Positions 35,577-44,903 of a stretch of 56,723 bases of DNA are shown in pieces. The first letter of the stretch is position 1; each line of letters starts with the position of its first letter. The stretch spans positions 1-56,723 of IMG/VR virus record IMGVR_UViG_3300037246_000975. The stretch is one strand, 5' to 3'. The position numbers and the translations under genes are program-made. This DNA is from a virus. Taxonomy: Duplodnaviria; Caudoviricetes. The notes beneath the pieces are model-generated. The model was not told the origin of the DNA. It worked only from the letters and a program-made list of their open reading frames with translations, and made no database searches.

Positions 35577-36158
35577 TTACTTCTCGCCTAAAAGGACGGG
35601 AGGCACATCAAACGTCTTTTGAAGAACATAGCCCATCATAATGTGTAACAATAAGTGTCCGGCCTTTCGGCGGGTAGCCGCACATCGGCTTTTCCAGGGC
35701 AAGAAGATGACGTGGAAGCCGTACTTTGCGATAGCGAGTGATAGGCGATGAGGGACTAATTCGGGGTTCTTGATGTGTGGATCATTGCTAAAGAGTTCCT
35801 GCGGAGAAGCCTCAACCAACAAGACTGGGTGCTCACAGGATGCAACCAGCTTCCTAAATGCTTTCGCCTGCCTAATACGGTCGAGGGAGTCATTGAGATT
35901 TTTGTATATCTCAAGTTGGCTCGCCTTCCGCTCAACGATACATACTTTAGGATACTCCTTGAGGCGGTAATCCCCACAGTCGAGCTTGACCCGCTCGTGC
36001 TTGACAGCAATAGGAATCTTCTTGTACGTCAATTCAGGATGCCCGATTTGTATGATTGCTGGAAACAATAACGGAAATTGCTCCCGAGTATCCTCTTGGA
36101 TAGTAATCTCCGCAGGAATCCTATAACGCCAGTGAATATCGAGTTTTTTTGACTTCAT
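35577..36158 (-). CDS. ERCC4-domain (XPF/Mus81-like) nuclease
   Basis: DTREQ, L.CGDY, IVERK, LLVE motifs. Confidence 0.85.
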   Translation of the reverse strand: MKSKKLDIHWRYRIPAEITIQEDTREQFPLLFPAIIQIGHPELTYKKIPIAVKHERVKLDCGDYRLKEYPKVCIVERKASQLEIYKNLNDSLDRIRQAKAFRKLVASCEHPVLLVEASPQELFSNDPHIKNPELVPHRLSLAIAKYGFHVIFLPWKSRCAATRRKAGHLLLHIMMGYVLQKTFDVPPVLLGEK

Positions 36159-36160
36159 TA

Positions 36161-36334
36161 TTATAACTCTTTTTCTATTTTATCTTTTAGCTCTTCGTGG
36201 GGGGCTGAATAGTCAAGCCAACTATACATTATCGACAAAGCTGCCCTGAAACCTAATCCAAAATCAATTTCATCGGGAGGACGATTAGGCAATTTTGCCT
36301 TACATTTCTCATACTCTATCTTGACTTGTTTCAT
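36161..36334 (-). CDS. Small hypothetical protein
   Basis: Likely start MKQVKIE. Confidence 0.45.
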   Translation of the reverse strand: MKQVKIEYEKCKAKLPNRPPDEIDFGLGFRAALSIMYSWLDYSAPHEELKDKIEKEL

Positions 36335-36854
36335 TGTTTTGCCTTTCTCTGTTCTCAATATATTCTACATAGGTATCTCCATGACAAGTGAGTGGCTTGC
36401 AGAAACATCCTAATGTCTCGCCTTTCAATTCATTCCACACGGCCTCTTGTAGTTCTGGATTCTCATAGAAATCCTTTTTGTGTTTGGCTATCACATCATC
36501 CCGAGTGCCGTCGGGGCCAATCTGGTAGATATTTGCAAACTTATTTTCCGCATCTGGAGGATTCCTCCATTTTCTTGAATATCGCCCTATATATGCCGTA
36601 TAGCCTTTATATTTGAGATTGACGACAATGGTTTTATTTATTTCCACATTATCCCCAAGAACTTTTTGTAGATTCGCCCAAGCTGTCTTATACTCAACAT
36701 CTACACATCCTATACCTGTTTTTGCTGTCACATATTGTCGAATTATACTTCTAAGATAGCCAATTATTTCCCTTGGATTACCTTTCCCGGAGAGCATATA
36801 GGCATCAATCTCTTCTTTTGTTACTGGCGTAGTTCTTATTGTCACATTAAACAT
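36309..36854 (-). CDS. DUF4326-domain protein
   Basis: YIGR...FAN.Y...RDDVI..H...ELKG.TLGCFCKP..CHGD. Confidence 0.85.
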   Translation of the reverse strand: MFNVTIRTTPVTKEEIDAYMLSGKGNPREIIGYLRSIIRQYVTAKTGIGCVDVEYKTAWANLQKVLGDNVEINKTIVVNLKYKGYTAYIGRYSRKWRNPPDAENKFANIYQIGPDGTRDDVIAKHKKDFYENPELQEAVWNELKGETLGCFCKPLTCHGDTYVEYIENRERQNNETSQDRV

Positions 36855-39459
36855 ACTCTTTTTTCTCCACTGTCCAAGGGATTTCTCGACCTGTCCATTT
36901 GTAAAAAAGGTCGAGGACGTAGTTATGTTCCATATTTCTTATAACAATTTCGTCCACGACTTCTTCCTCGCCGGGATATATGTCGGCAAACAAAGCATCG
37001 TAAATCTGCAAACAAATGAGAGTTTTCAGATGCAGGTCTCTGAATTCCAGCATTATTTGATAATGAGCAGATTGTGTTAGCTGGGCACAAGGAGTTTGGT
37101 GCATAAAGTTACAGATTTCCCCAGTGTAGTTTGCCACGCCACTCGGCCCAAGTCCAAATGTCCTGCTCCATCCAGTAGGCAACACAAGGCATCCCTGCTT
37201 CGCTGCTAAGTCAATCAGATTATCCTGCCACTCTTTGTAGACTGGATGTGTCTCATACCAAGTCTTAATTGCGTGAGCACAGAACTCAAGAGAAATCTCA
37301 ATCCCGGATTCTTTTAATACTAAAGATTGAAAACCTCCGGGGCCACCTTTGAAAAGTACCAGAAAATTCAAATCTTTTCCGACCTGGTACATATCGGTTT
37401 TTTTCCAGCCGGGGTCTGTCGGGTCTGCATCGGGAAAAATAGACACAGCAGTTTCAGTATGAACACTTCTACCAGTGGGATTCAAATATATATCCATTAG
37501 CAATGGGTCGCCTGACAACAAAGCAGCCATCCTAATATGGTCTTGATTATAATCGTACTCGGCTAACTTCCCATCCTCCCAACGTGACGTTGAACAATCT
37601 CGGATTGAATGTGGTTCCGTTTGTCTTGCCGGTTTTTTACAGCTAAAGCGTCCTTGAGTTTGACCTCCAACAGCGTCATCAGAACTTGCTCCCCGTTCAA
37701 AGTAACTCGGTATTGGATACCATGAGGGGTATACCATACCGACATTTCCCAAACGCCTAACAATACCTCGTCTGGGTTTTTCGAGGAGTGGTCTTGTGTA
37801 AGTGTTGACAATTTTGCTCCTTTCCTTATACTGTTGAAAATTAGATATGATTTTCAAATTATCCCCCGCAGGTAAATGTTTCTTCAATAAATTCGCATTC
37901 TCGACACCGATGGAAATATTTTTTGTTTTATCTGTATAAATAACTCGACTATCCCCCAACAACCGTGCGTCATGAATACAAGTCAGAAAGAATTCCCGCA
38001 GGGGCTTATCAGAACCTTTCCCAGCAAGTTTGATTCCGTACCGCCCCTCAGTGACTTTAAGAAGTCTCTTGCATCGTGTCAATTCTTTGTTGTGGAAGTC
38101 TTCGAGTTTCTTAATGTTCAGGGAACTGCCGTTCATATCCAAATCGAAAGTGTCCCACACAATAGCATTTCGCATCCAAGCACATTCGGGACTTAGCTTT
38201 TCCGAATCCTCTCCATATCGCTCGGCAATTCTTTTCAACAGTTCCTCTCGCAACTTTAAGGTGGTGACACCATCAACCCCGTTGTATTTGTGTAAGTCTT
38301 TATCCCAAGGGGACTTAGCAGTACCGGATTTTGCAGTAATCATCACTTTGCTGTAATCAGAAACCCCAAACAACATTGACAATTCCTTGAGTCCTTTCTC
38401 TGGTTGTTGCTCATACAAAAGAAAACTCAAAATCAAAGTGTCATCTACTTTCAATCTGCGAGGATCAATCCAATACCGAAGTTCCGTATCTGCGGAGGCT
38501 AAATACATCAAATCAAATTTTATGTTCTGGCCCACAAGCCTAATTCCTCGTTGGGATATTGTCTGAAACCACTGTCGAATAATCCCCAGATGTTTTGGGT
38601 CGCTGAAAACATATTCGGCGGAGTGTATAATCCCCGCCAAATCTCGCCACGAGAAATTAACACAAACTACTTGGTCGGGGAAATCAACTCCGTCAATATA
38701 TTTTGACTTAATCGGATTGAAAACTGTCTGCTCCACTCCTTCCAGGATTCCATAGGTTTCAATGTCACAGGAGACTACATCGGGAAGTTCCTTGGGAACT
38801 TGAATCCCAAGTTCCGGTTCTTCGATGTCCTCATTAGGAATAAATTTGCCTTCCAAGTATCTCCGCAGGAGAATAAAATGAGCCTCGACTGCCCGGACTA
38901 ATGCAGGTTTTCTCATAGGGTGGAGCATCGCCAGATGAAAAGTGGAAAAGACCCGCACAGGAAGTTCTTCTTCTAAGGCAAACATCGGGAAGATAGAAGA
39001 AATACTCCCTTGTTTTTTGAAGGTTTCTTTCAACGAGCTAATGTTTGTGACACTATAAGCTCCTTTAGCTCCGATAGCGAAGATAATAACTTCCTTGTAT
39101 TCCGATAACAACAATCCAATGTCATCATCTAAATACTGCCGACAGACTCTCACTTGTGCTTGAGTTATGTCACCGCTCTGAGGTGGTTGACATCGACATG
39201 CGTTCGAGATATATATATCACAATAGTCCGTCAATTTAGCGACCTCGACCATCTTCCGAAGAAGTTGTCCAGTGTATCCGACGAATATTTTCCCCGCCTT
39301 ATTCTCCTGATACCCCGGCGACTGTCCCACAAACAACAAGGCTTGGTCTTTCGTAACCTGTTGATTGTCGTACAACGGACGAGTTGGCAACCCAGGAGAT
39401 TTAGCTGTCTCATATAATGAGCATAAAGAGCAATCTGGATAAGATGAGAATTCTAACAT
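36847..39459 (-). CDS. polA: Family A DNA polymerase with N-terminal uracil-DNA-glycosylase-like domain and 3'-5' exonuclease
   Basis: UDG4-like CxxC, VGQSPG, FVG.TG, NACRC.PP, TFH; exonuclease CDIETYG, GQNIKFD, YNGVD; polymerase TQGRFS, motif A DYNQ, motif B K..NF, motif C QIYD. Likely start MLEF at 39459. Confidence 0.92.
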   Translation of the reverse strand: MLEFSSYPDCSLCSLYETAKSPGLPTRPLYDNQQVTKDQALLFVGQSPGYQENKAGKIFVGYTGQLLRKMVEVAKLTDYCDIYISNACRCQPPQSGDITQAQVRVCRQYLDDDIGLLLSEYKEVIIFAIGAKGAYSVTNISSLKETFKKQGSISSIFPMFALEEELPVRVFSTFHLAMLHPMRKPALVRAVEAHFILLRRYLEGKFIPNEDIEEPELGIQVPKELPDVVSCDIETYGILEGVEQTVFNPIKSKYIDGVDFPDQVVCVNFSWRDLAGIIHSAEYVFSDPKHLGIIRQWFQTISQRGIRLVGQNIKFDLMYLASADTELRYWIDPRRLKVDDTLILSFLLYEQQPEKGLKELSMLFGVSDYSKVMITAKSGTAKSPWDKDLHKYNGVDGVTTLKLREELLKRIAERYGEDSEKLSPECAWMRNAIVWDTFDLDMNGSSLNIKKLEDFHNKELTRCKRLLKVTEGRYGIKLAGKGSDKPLREFFLTCIHDARLLGDSRVIYTDKTKNISIGVENANLLKKHLPAGDNLKIISNFQQYKERSKIVNTYTRPLLEKPRRGIVRRLGNVGMVYPSWYPIPSYFERGASSDDAVGGQTQGRFSCKKPARQTEPHSIRDCSTSRWEDGKLAEYDYNQDHIRMAALLSGDPLLMDIYLNPTGRSVHTETAVSIFPDADPTDPGWKKTDMYQVGKDLNFLVLFKGGPGGFQSLVLKESGIEISLEFCAHAIKTWYETHPVYKEWQDNLIDLAAKQGCLVLPTGWSRTFGLGPSGVANYTGEICNFMHQTPCAQLTQSAHYQIMLEFRDLHLKTLICLQIYDALFADIYPGEEEVVDEIVIRNMEHNYVLDLFYKWTGREIPWTVEKKEYV

Positions 39460-40001
39460 AACTGGAGATGTTTCCAAGTTCTGCCGGTAACTATTTTACT
39501 AATAGCTGCATGTTTGACACCACCTAATCTCGCTAATTCTGCCTGTGTAAATAGTTTAGTGTTATATAGCTGGATTATTCCCATAACCTGAGCCTCCGTA
39601 AGTTTTGCGTGGCTATTCCTTACTCCTTTGGGGCCATTGGTATTATAAGTTCCGTGCCGAATAGAGTCCTTTATATTTTCACTATGTGTCCCCCAACACA
39701 AATTACCAAGATTATTGTTTAGAGGATTGCCGTCTAAATGACGGCATTCTAACCCATTCGGTCGTGGCCCTACGAAAGTTTCCAAGACTAATCTGTGGAT
39801 ATAACGTCTTGTTTTGGTCTTATCTCTATATAAATCAACATACAAATATCCTTTCCTATCCGTATATTGGATTAGCCATTTCCCGGATTTGCTACTTCTT
39901 TCTCTTGGGAGACTCCAAACTTTCCCCGTTTTTGTAACCCGGTAGTATGAAAATCCCGGAGTACATTTCGTACAATCAGGATGTGATTGGAATTCAATCA
40001 T
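39453..40001 (-). CDS. Free-standing HNH homing endonuclease (NUMOD4-HNH with C-terminal HTH)
   Basis: Y.V...G.VWS, GYLYV.L, IHRLV...F, CRHLDGNPLNN.L.NL.WGT.SEN, AKLT...V..I HTH. Confidence 0.92.
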   Translation of the reverse strand: MIEFQSHPDCTKCTPGFSYYRVTKTGKVWSLPRERSSKSGKWLIQYTDRKGYLYVDLYRDKTKTRRYIHRLVLETFVGPRPNGLECRHLDGNPLNNNLGNLCWGTHSENIKDSIRHGTYNTNGPKGVRNSHAKLTEAQVMGIIQLYNTKLFTQAELARLGGVKHAAISKIVTGRTWKHLQLC

Positions 40002-40398
40002 TGTGTTTTTTCAGATAATGCCTATTATAATTCTTAATCGAGATGAACTGTTTATTACATATCCGACAAACTCTTTCTGGATAGCATTTTTCTTGTGTTC
40101 CAGGTCTACTTAATGAAGCGTAAGAAATTCTCTTTACAAGATGACATCGTGAACATATATACTCTACTTTGCCATTATAGACAACCGTCTGTTTTACCCA
40201 GTTGTGAACATCGGATGCTTGTCCCATGATACCTAAAAGCCTTCTTTTTCGTGCCTTTTCCCCGTAGCGTCTTTCCTCCTCCCGGTTATACTCTTCTATT
40301 ATTGCTAATACCGACTTTTCTGCTCCTTCTAAAGTCGGGACGGTTAGTTCCTCCTCCCACTCCCCTGTACTATCACATACTTTAACTTCAACCTGCAT
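39994..40398 (-). CDS. Hypothetical protein with C-terminal Zn-finger motifs
   Basis: CSRC and CRIC...H....H; likely start MQVEVK. Confidence 0.6.
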   Translation of the reverse strand: MQVEVKVCDSTGEWEEELTVPTLEGAEKSVLAIIEEYNREEERRYGEKARKRRLLGIMGQASDVHNWVKQTVVYNGKVEYICSRCHLVKRISYASLSRPGTQEKCYPERVCRICNKQFISIKNYNRHYLKKHND

Positions 40399-40419
40399 TT
40401 TTCTACCTTTCAAATTCAA

Positions 40420-40641
40420 TCATAGATTAGTTTGAAATTTCTCAGGTAAATCGCATTGGTTTATGTCCCCATCACAATTACAAGCTATGTGGCATTCATA
40501 GTCCTCAGCGTCTTTTGGAATATATTCTAAGGAGAGGCTACACTTATATTCATCTCCGTTGAAATATCGGCAGGTTATCCTCAAACAAGATAACAACAAT
40601 TTTAACTTAAAAGAATCAGTCATTTCTTTAGTAACGGACAT
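40420..40641 (-). CDS. Small Cys-rich protein
   Basis: GGAG RBS before MSVTKE. Confidence 0.5.
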   Translation of the reverse strand: MSVTKEMTDSFKLKLLLSCLRITCRYFNGDEYKCSLSLEYIPKDAEDYECHIACNCDGDINQCDLPEKFQTNL

Positions 40642-40796
40642 AATTTCTCCTGACAATTACCCTCACAATCATCTGGATTCTTAGGATGATTACAAAAGGA
40701 AAGGTTCACGTCATTTTCGTTGTGGATTATATCTTCACTTGTCCAAATAAAAAAAGGACAAATTTGGACTCCAAGTTTGGTTCTACGAAATATCAT
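40620..40796 (-). CDS. Small Cys-rich protein
   Basis: CPFF...CNH...CEGNC...CP; AAGGA RBS. Confidence 0.55.
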   Translation of the reverse strand: MIFRRTKLGVQICPFFIWTSEDIIHNENDVNLSFCNHPKNPDDCEGNCQEKLCPLLKK

Positions 40797-40881
40797 TTTT
40801 ATTCCTTTCAATATGTTAGGCAGAGCAGGGAGGAAATACCAACAGGCTACCTGCGACCTGCTCCCCTAACGGTCATTTTAT

Positions 40882-40910
40882 ATTATATGAAACCTGTGAA
40901 GGTATGTCAA
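40882..40910 (-). promoter_or_regulatory. Consensus sigma70 promoter for the replication operon
   Basis: Perfect TTGACA-17-TATAAT. Confidence 0.75.
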
Positions 40911-40925
40911 GGGAAAAATAAAAAA

Positions 40926-43900
40926 TTATTGCAAATATTTTCCGAGGCCGACATCCCCCACGTCAATGTCCCGTGTGAGGGCTGACAAGCTGGCTTCACC
41001 TAAGATTTGACTAAAGAGCGGTCGATATGCTGATGGTAAACCTTTTTCGATTCGGTGTAGTCGAGATATTTGTCTGCGGTTTTCTAAAGCTCGTATATCA
41101 GACTTTTTGACTTGTAGAGGGCCAAGTTCGGGATATGCCTTTGCCCATTCACGTTGTACTTCCTCAGCCTTGTGGTTGTCGTTTTCCATCAGGGCTTGGA
41201 GATAATCTCGGCGATAGGCTCGGATTTTTTCACGTTGGGCTAAGAGCCAGCGGGCTGCACCTTGTTCAGCACTAACGCCAGAGGGTCGCAATCCCAGCGA
41301 TTTAAGAGTAAGTTGCAGCGGCGTTAAAGCCCCAATCAAGGCATGTTTGTTGTTGTAAATAGGAATCCTGCCGTCAGGAGTTTTGTTCTTGTAGTCTGCA
41401 TATTTAGGATGGAAAGTCCGATATGCCTTTCTTGCTGCGATTCCTCCAGGAATCACCAATGCTGCTGCTGCCCCTAAGTCCCGAGTTTCTCCGGTCAATA
41501 GAGCCTTAGCAGCAGTTCCGATAACACCTACAGCCGGCGGTACAAGAGGCCAAGGATAGAAAGGAGCACCTTCATATACGGGTACTGGCAAAGCCCCTGT
41601 GAGCAGCCCTGCTGATAGATCAACTCCTAATAGGTTCCTTGCCCCCACATACATCGCTGTGGAGCCTGCCAGAGTCCTTCCTATCGTCCCCCAGTCCAAT
41701 TTAGAAGGGTCTGGCCCCATTCTAAGCGACCCATGCAACATGCCCCCAAATCTCATCGGGAAGTGCATAAACTGCCTCCAAGGAGTCCAGACATTAATCA
41801 GGGCTTTAGGTATCCCCAGCGGCCCCCCTGTGAACTGCGTGGTCATCGTTAGCGTCTGTCCGACCCTACCAGCCTCATTAAATATCGCATCCTTTACTGC
41901 GGAGGTAGCCCCCGCCAATTTGTGAGCATTTTGATATAAATGCTGATTTCTTCCAGCATAGTAGGTTATGATCCTATTGAAACCCTCCGACGTACTAAAA
42001 GGCATCAGCATCGCAGTCTTGACTTTCTCCCACGCCCCCCCGCTAACCAGCTTCCGAGCAAACCCCTCTTTGGCAATATCCCCCGCGAGTAGGGATTCTA
42101 CAATCTGAGAAGCGTCCCCCATATCCTTAACATATTCTGGGAAGGCCACCCGAAAAGCTGTTTTAGTAGATTTCCCATCAACAACAACTGCCTTGATGTA
42201 GTTTTGCATCTTGGCAAGTGCCCCTGGCCCACCCGGAACCCCCTGAAGTCCTCGATACATTCCCCTCGGCCCAACAACATTTAAGGTGGTCAATAGAGTC
42301 TGCAAACTATTCTTACTTGCCGGGGATATATTAGCCCCAAGCGTTGACAGGTGGAACCAGTGAGATATATTCGCACCTAAACCCTCCGCAGAAAGAGAGC
42401 GGGTTGCATCTCCGGTATATTTCATTACCCAATCTTTCCCTTTAGGGCCAAGAATTCTATCGACCATCGGATGTGTGCTAACGAATTGATGTACTTTAGC
42501 TTTCTTCAGCGAGAAGGAAATAGACCGTTGTAGTTCTTGGTAGGATTTTAAGCCCATCACATGAGGAACCAAATCATCGTACACATAAGACTCAAGCCAG
42601 GGTTGATTCCCCCATACACCCGGCTGTTTAGCTATATCATTTATTCTTTTTCCTGCCCCTGTTCCGTGCCATGAATGAATGGTCGCAGAGCTATTGGCAT
42701 ATCGTTGAGTTGCATCCCAAACATTGAGAGTATATTGACGAGGTGTTCCCATAACCCGACCCACCTCTCGTAACTCTGTTTGGAAGAAATTACCACCTCT
42801 AATGTTTGCTTCTGATAAAGAATCTCCCATAGCAAATAGAGTATCACGAGCGGTATTTTTCCCTCCAAATCTACCGGCAAAGTCGAGTTTTTGTCCTGCT
42901 CCTTTTGTGAAGTAGTTCTCCATCCGTCTTACAAATTCGACGTTGGCTCGTCCTGTATCTAATCCTAATCCACTAACATCTCGCCACACTCTTTCTACTT
43001 CACGGGTAGCATCATCTCCCCAGCGTTGAAAAACAGAGGTCGCCGCTTCCGTATAGCCTCGTGGAATTATCCCTTGGGATTCTAAAAGACGCAGATGCTC
43101 TATATTGGGCATTGCCCCGCCTTGCCTTGCAACGGTAGCCCCGGAAATAGGCCCAACACTGGCCTCTTTCCGCATAAATTTTGCGTAGCGTTTCCGGGTA
43201 GTTCCTCTGACAGCTTTCAAATAATACTTGTCGTATTGGGCATTTCTTGGGAAATAATATTTTACGTCGTCTCCATAAGTGAGACCTTGTTTTGCCAAAG
43301 CATCTCTGATTCTATCTTCCCCCCCAGGGGTGGCTTTTAGAGTAGTTCTGACCTTACTCATCCATCCCCGCAGACCGCCTGCGAGTCCTGAAACTTCTCT
43401 TCTCATTCCAGCTTTTAACCCCCCCGCCACTGGAAAACCTATTCCCCCCATAACCCTAATAATCTCAGGCTCCTTACCGAGCATTTTCACTAAGATATGT
43501 TGTGGAGTGTGTAGGCCGTCCAATCGGGCCGCTATCATATACCCTTCAGCCTTCGAGATACGCCCAGCCTTCCCGAATACTTTATTTATGTCGTCTATAT
43601 GTTTCCCAATAAATCGGGTCTTAGTCTCAACGACATCAGCCAATGCTTGATAAATCCCCGGTACACTGCGGAGGTTATTAATTGCAGGATGGAGTCCCGA
43701 CATCATCTTCCCCATAGCAGCAGCCTTTGGAAGCATCCCTGCAGCCAAATCCATAAGCGGTTTCGTAGAGCCAATGGGGAATTTCCACAGACCAACAGCG
43801 AGTCCAATAATCACCAATGGATTTGTTGCCATATCAGTGATTGTTTTGAGAAGTGGATTAGGTTTTTTGCCTTTGAATAAGGCGTTCCGAAAACTTTGAA

Positions 43901-44069
43901 TCTCGTGAGGAGTCAGTGTTTGTGGGGCAAATATAGAGCGAGTCGCAGCGTCTATATCTCCACGAAGCAGATTACTAAATGCAAGCTGTGGACGGTCATA
44001 AAAAGTAATTGGGAAGTCAGCCGATGCGATACCAAACGGGACATCAGTATCAGGATTATATTTAGGCAT
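40926..44069 (-). CDS. Large internal virion (DNA ejection) protein, putative
   Basis: 1047 aa, Gly/Ala/basic and helical; last gene of the morphogenesis block, as in podoviruses. Confidence 0.6.
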   Translation of the reverse strand: MPKYNPDTDVPFGIASADFPITFYDRPQLAFSNLLRGDIDAATRSIFAPQTLTPHEIQSFRNALFKGKKPNPLLKTITDMATNPLVIIGLAVGLWKFPIGSTKPLMDLAAGMLPKAAAMGKMMSGLHPAINNLRSVPGIYQALADVVETKTRFIGKHIDDINKVFGKAGRISKAEGYMIAARLDGLHTPQHILVKMLGKEPEIIRVMGGIGFPVAGGLKAGMRREVSGLAGGLRGWMSKVRTTLKATPGGEDRIRDALAKQGLTYGDDVKYYFPRNAQYDKYYLKAVRGTTRKRYAKFMRKEASVGPISGATVARQGGAMPNIEHLRLLESQGIIPRGYTEAATSVFQRWGDDATREVERVWRDVSGLGLDTGRANVEFVRRMENYFTKGAGQKLDFAGRFGGKNTARDTLFAMGDSLSEANIRGGNFFQTELREVGRVMGTPRQYTLNVWDATQRYANSSATIHSWHGTGAGKRINDIAKQPGVWGNQPWLESYVYDDLVPHVMGLKSYQELQRSISFSLKKAKVHQFVSTHPMVDRILGPKGKDWVMKYTGDATRSLSAEGLGANISHWFHLSTLGANISPASKNSLQTLLTTLNVVGPRGMYRGLQGVPGGPGALAKMQNYIKAVVVDGKSTKTAFRVAFPEYVKDMGDASQIVESLLAGDIAKEGFARKLVSGGAWEKVKTAMLMPFSTSEGFNRIITYYAGRNQHLYQNAHKLAGATSAVKDAIFNEAGRVGQTLTMTTQFTGGPLGIPKALINVWTPWRQFMHFPMRFGGMLHGSLRMGPDPSKLDWGTIGRTLAGSTAMYVGARNLLGVDLSAGLLTGALPVPVYEGAPFYPWPLVPPAVGVIGTAAKALLTGETRDLGAAAALVIPGGIAARKAYRTFHPKYADYKNKTPDGRIPIYNNKHALIGALTPLQLTLKSLGLRPSGVSAEQGAARWLLAQREKIRAYRRDYLQALMENDNHKAEEVQREWAKAYPELGPLQVKKSDIRALENRRQISRLHRIEKGLPSAYRPLFSQILGEASLSALTRDIDVGDVGLGKYLQ

Positions 44070-44444
44070 TTAGCCTCCAATCATGTACTCCCCTTTAGCA
44101 AGAGATGGCCCTAACACACCACCAGATAGTTGTTGAAATAAGGCTTGTCTTGCCATAGATTCTTCCTCCTGTGCTGCCGGTTGTGCGGCTTGGAAATAGA
44201 GCGATTCTGGAGTTATCATTTCAGCCTGAGAGCGGAGTCCTTCTCTCTGGATTCCCCTCATCTTAGTCTCGTGAGTTGTTTGAAGTATCTTGTTGAGTAA
44301 CCAAGTGGCAAAAATTCCTGCCCCTACACCCTTGATACCAGGACGAGCAAGTAACCCCCCAACACCACCAGCCATACCGCCCGGTTTCCCACTAACAGCC
44401 CCGGCAAATAATTCTTCGTCTGGTAATCCCATTCCATTCGGCAT
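44070..44444 (-). CDS. Putative internal virion protein
   Basis: Gly-rich hydrophobic N-terminus, Gln-rich helix. Confidence 0.55.
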   Translation of the reverse strand: MPNGMGLPDEELFAGAVSGKPGGMAGGVGGLLARPGIKGVGAGIFATWLLNKILQTTHETKMRGIQREGLRSQAEMITPESLYFQAAQPAAQEEESMARQALFQQLSGGVLGPSLAKGEYMIGG

Positions 44445-44903
44445 CTAAAATCCTCCTTTCATTAGTCCGACCATCCCGGCCCCAGAAGCCTGCGTAGCTG
44501 CTCCCATTGGCCGACGACTCAACGCCTGCATAGCCTGAAGCACTAAAGCCATCTGTCTATTCTGACTTTCCGTGAAGGATTGTAAGGCCGCAAACTCCCG
44601 TGCTTCTTTTTTCTCTTCTTTTTTTACCTTTAACAAAGTCTTCATATATTCCTTTGTCCGAGCACGAGACTCCTTAACACTTCTTTCGGTAGCCTCCGCA
44701 GAAGCCTTACCCATCAATGTCTGCAATCTCATTTGTTCCCGGGTCAATCCACGTTCCCCAGCTTGACCATAAGCTCCAACTGCTGTACTACCTAAATAAC
44801 CTGCTCCAAGTAATGCAGTAATAAAATGCTTAGAACCATAAAGAGCTTTGAAAGCCGCTGGAATTTTCGGAGCTATTCCAGCTATCATTGGGCCTATAGG
44901 CAT
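44445..44903 (-). CDS. Putative internal virion/pilot protein
   Basis: Ala/Gly hydrophobic N-terminus and coiled coil. Confidence 0.55.
   Translation of the reverse strand: MPIGPMIAGIAPKIPAAFKALYGSKHFITALLGAGYLGSTAVGAYGQAGERGLTREQMRLQTLMGKASAEATERSVKESRARTKEYMKTLLKVKKEEKKEAREFAALQSFTESQNRQMALVLQAMQALSRRPMGAATQASGAGMVGLMKGGF

Noticed and set aside
39453-40001. Group I intron or intein in polA
   Set aside because: No flanking non-coding intron core (both ORF ends overlap neighbours) and no intein motifs; polA has its own complete start.
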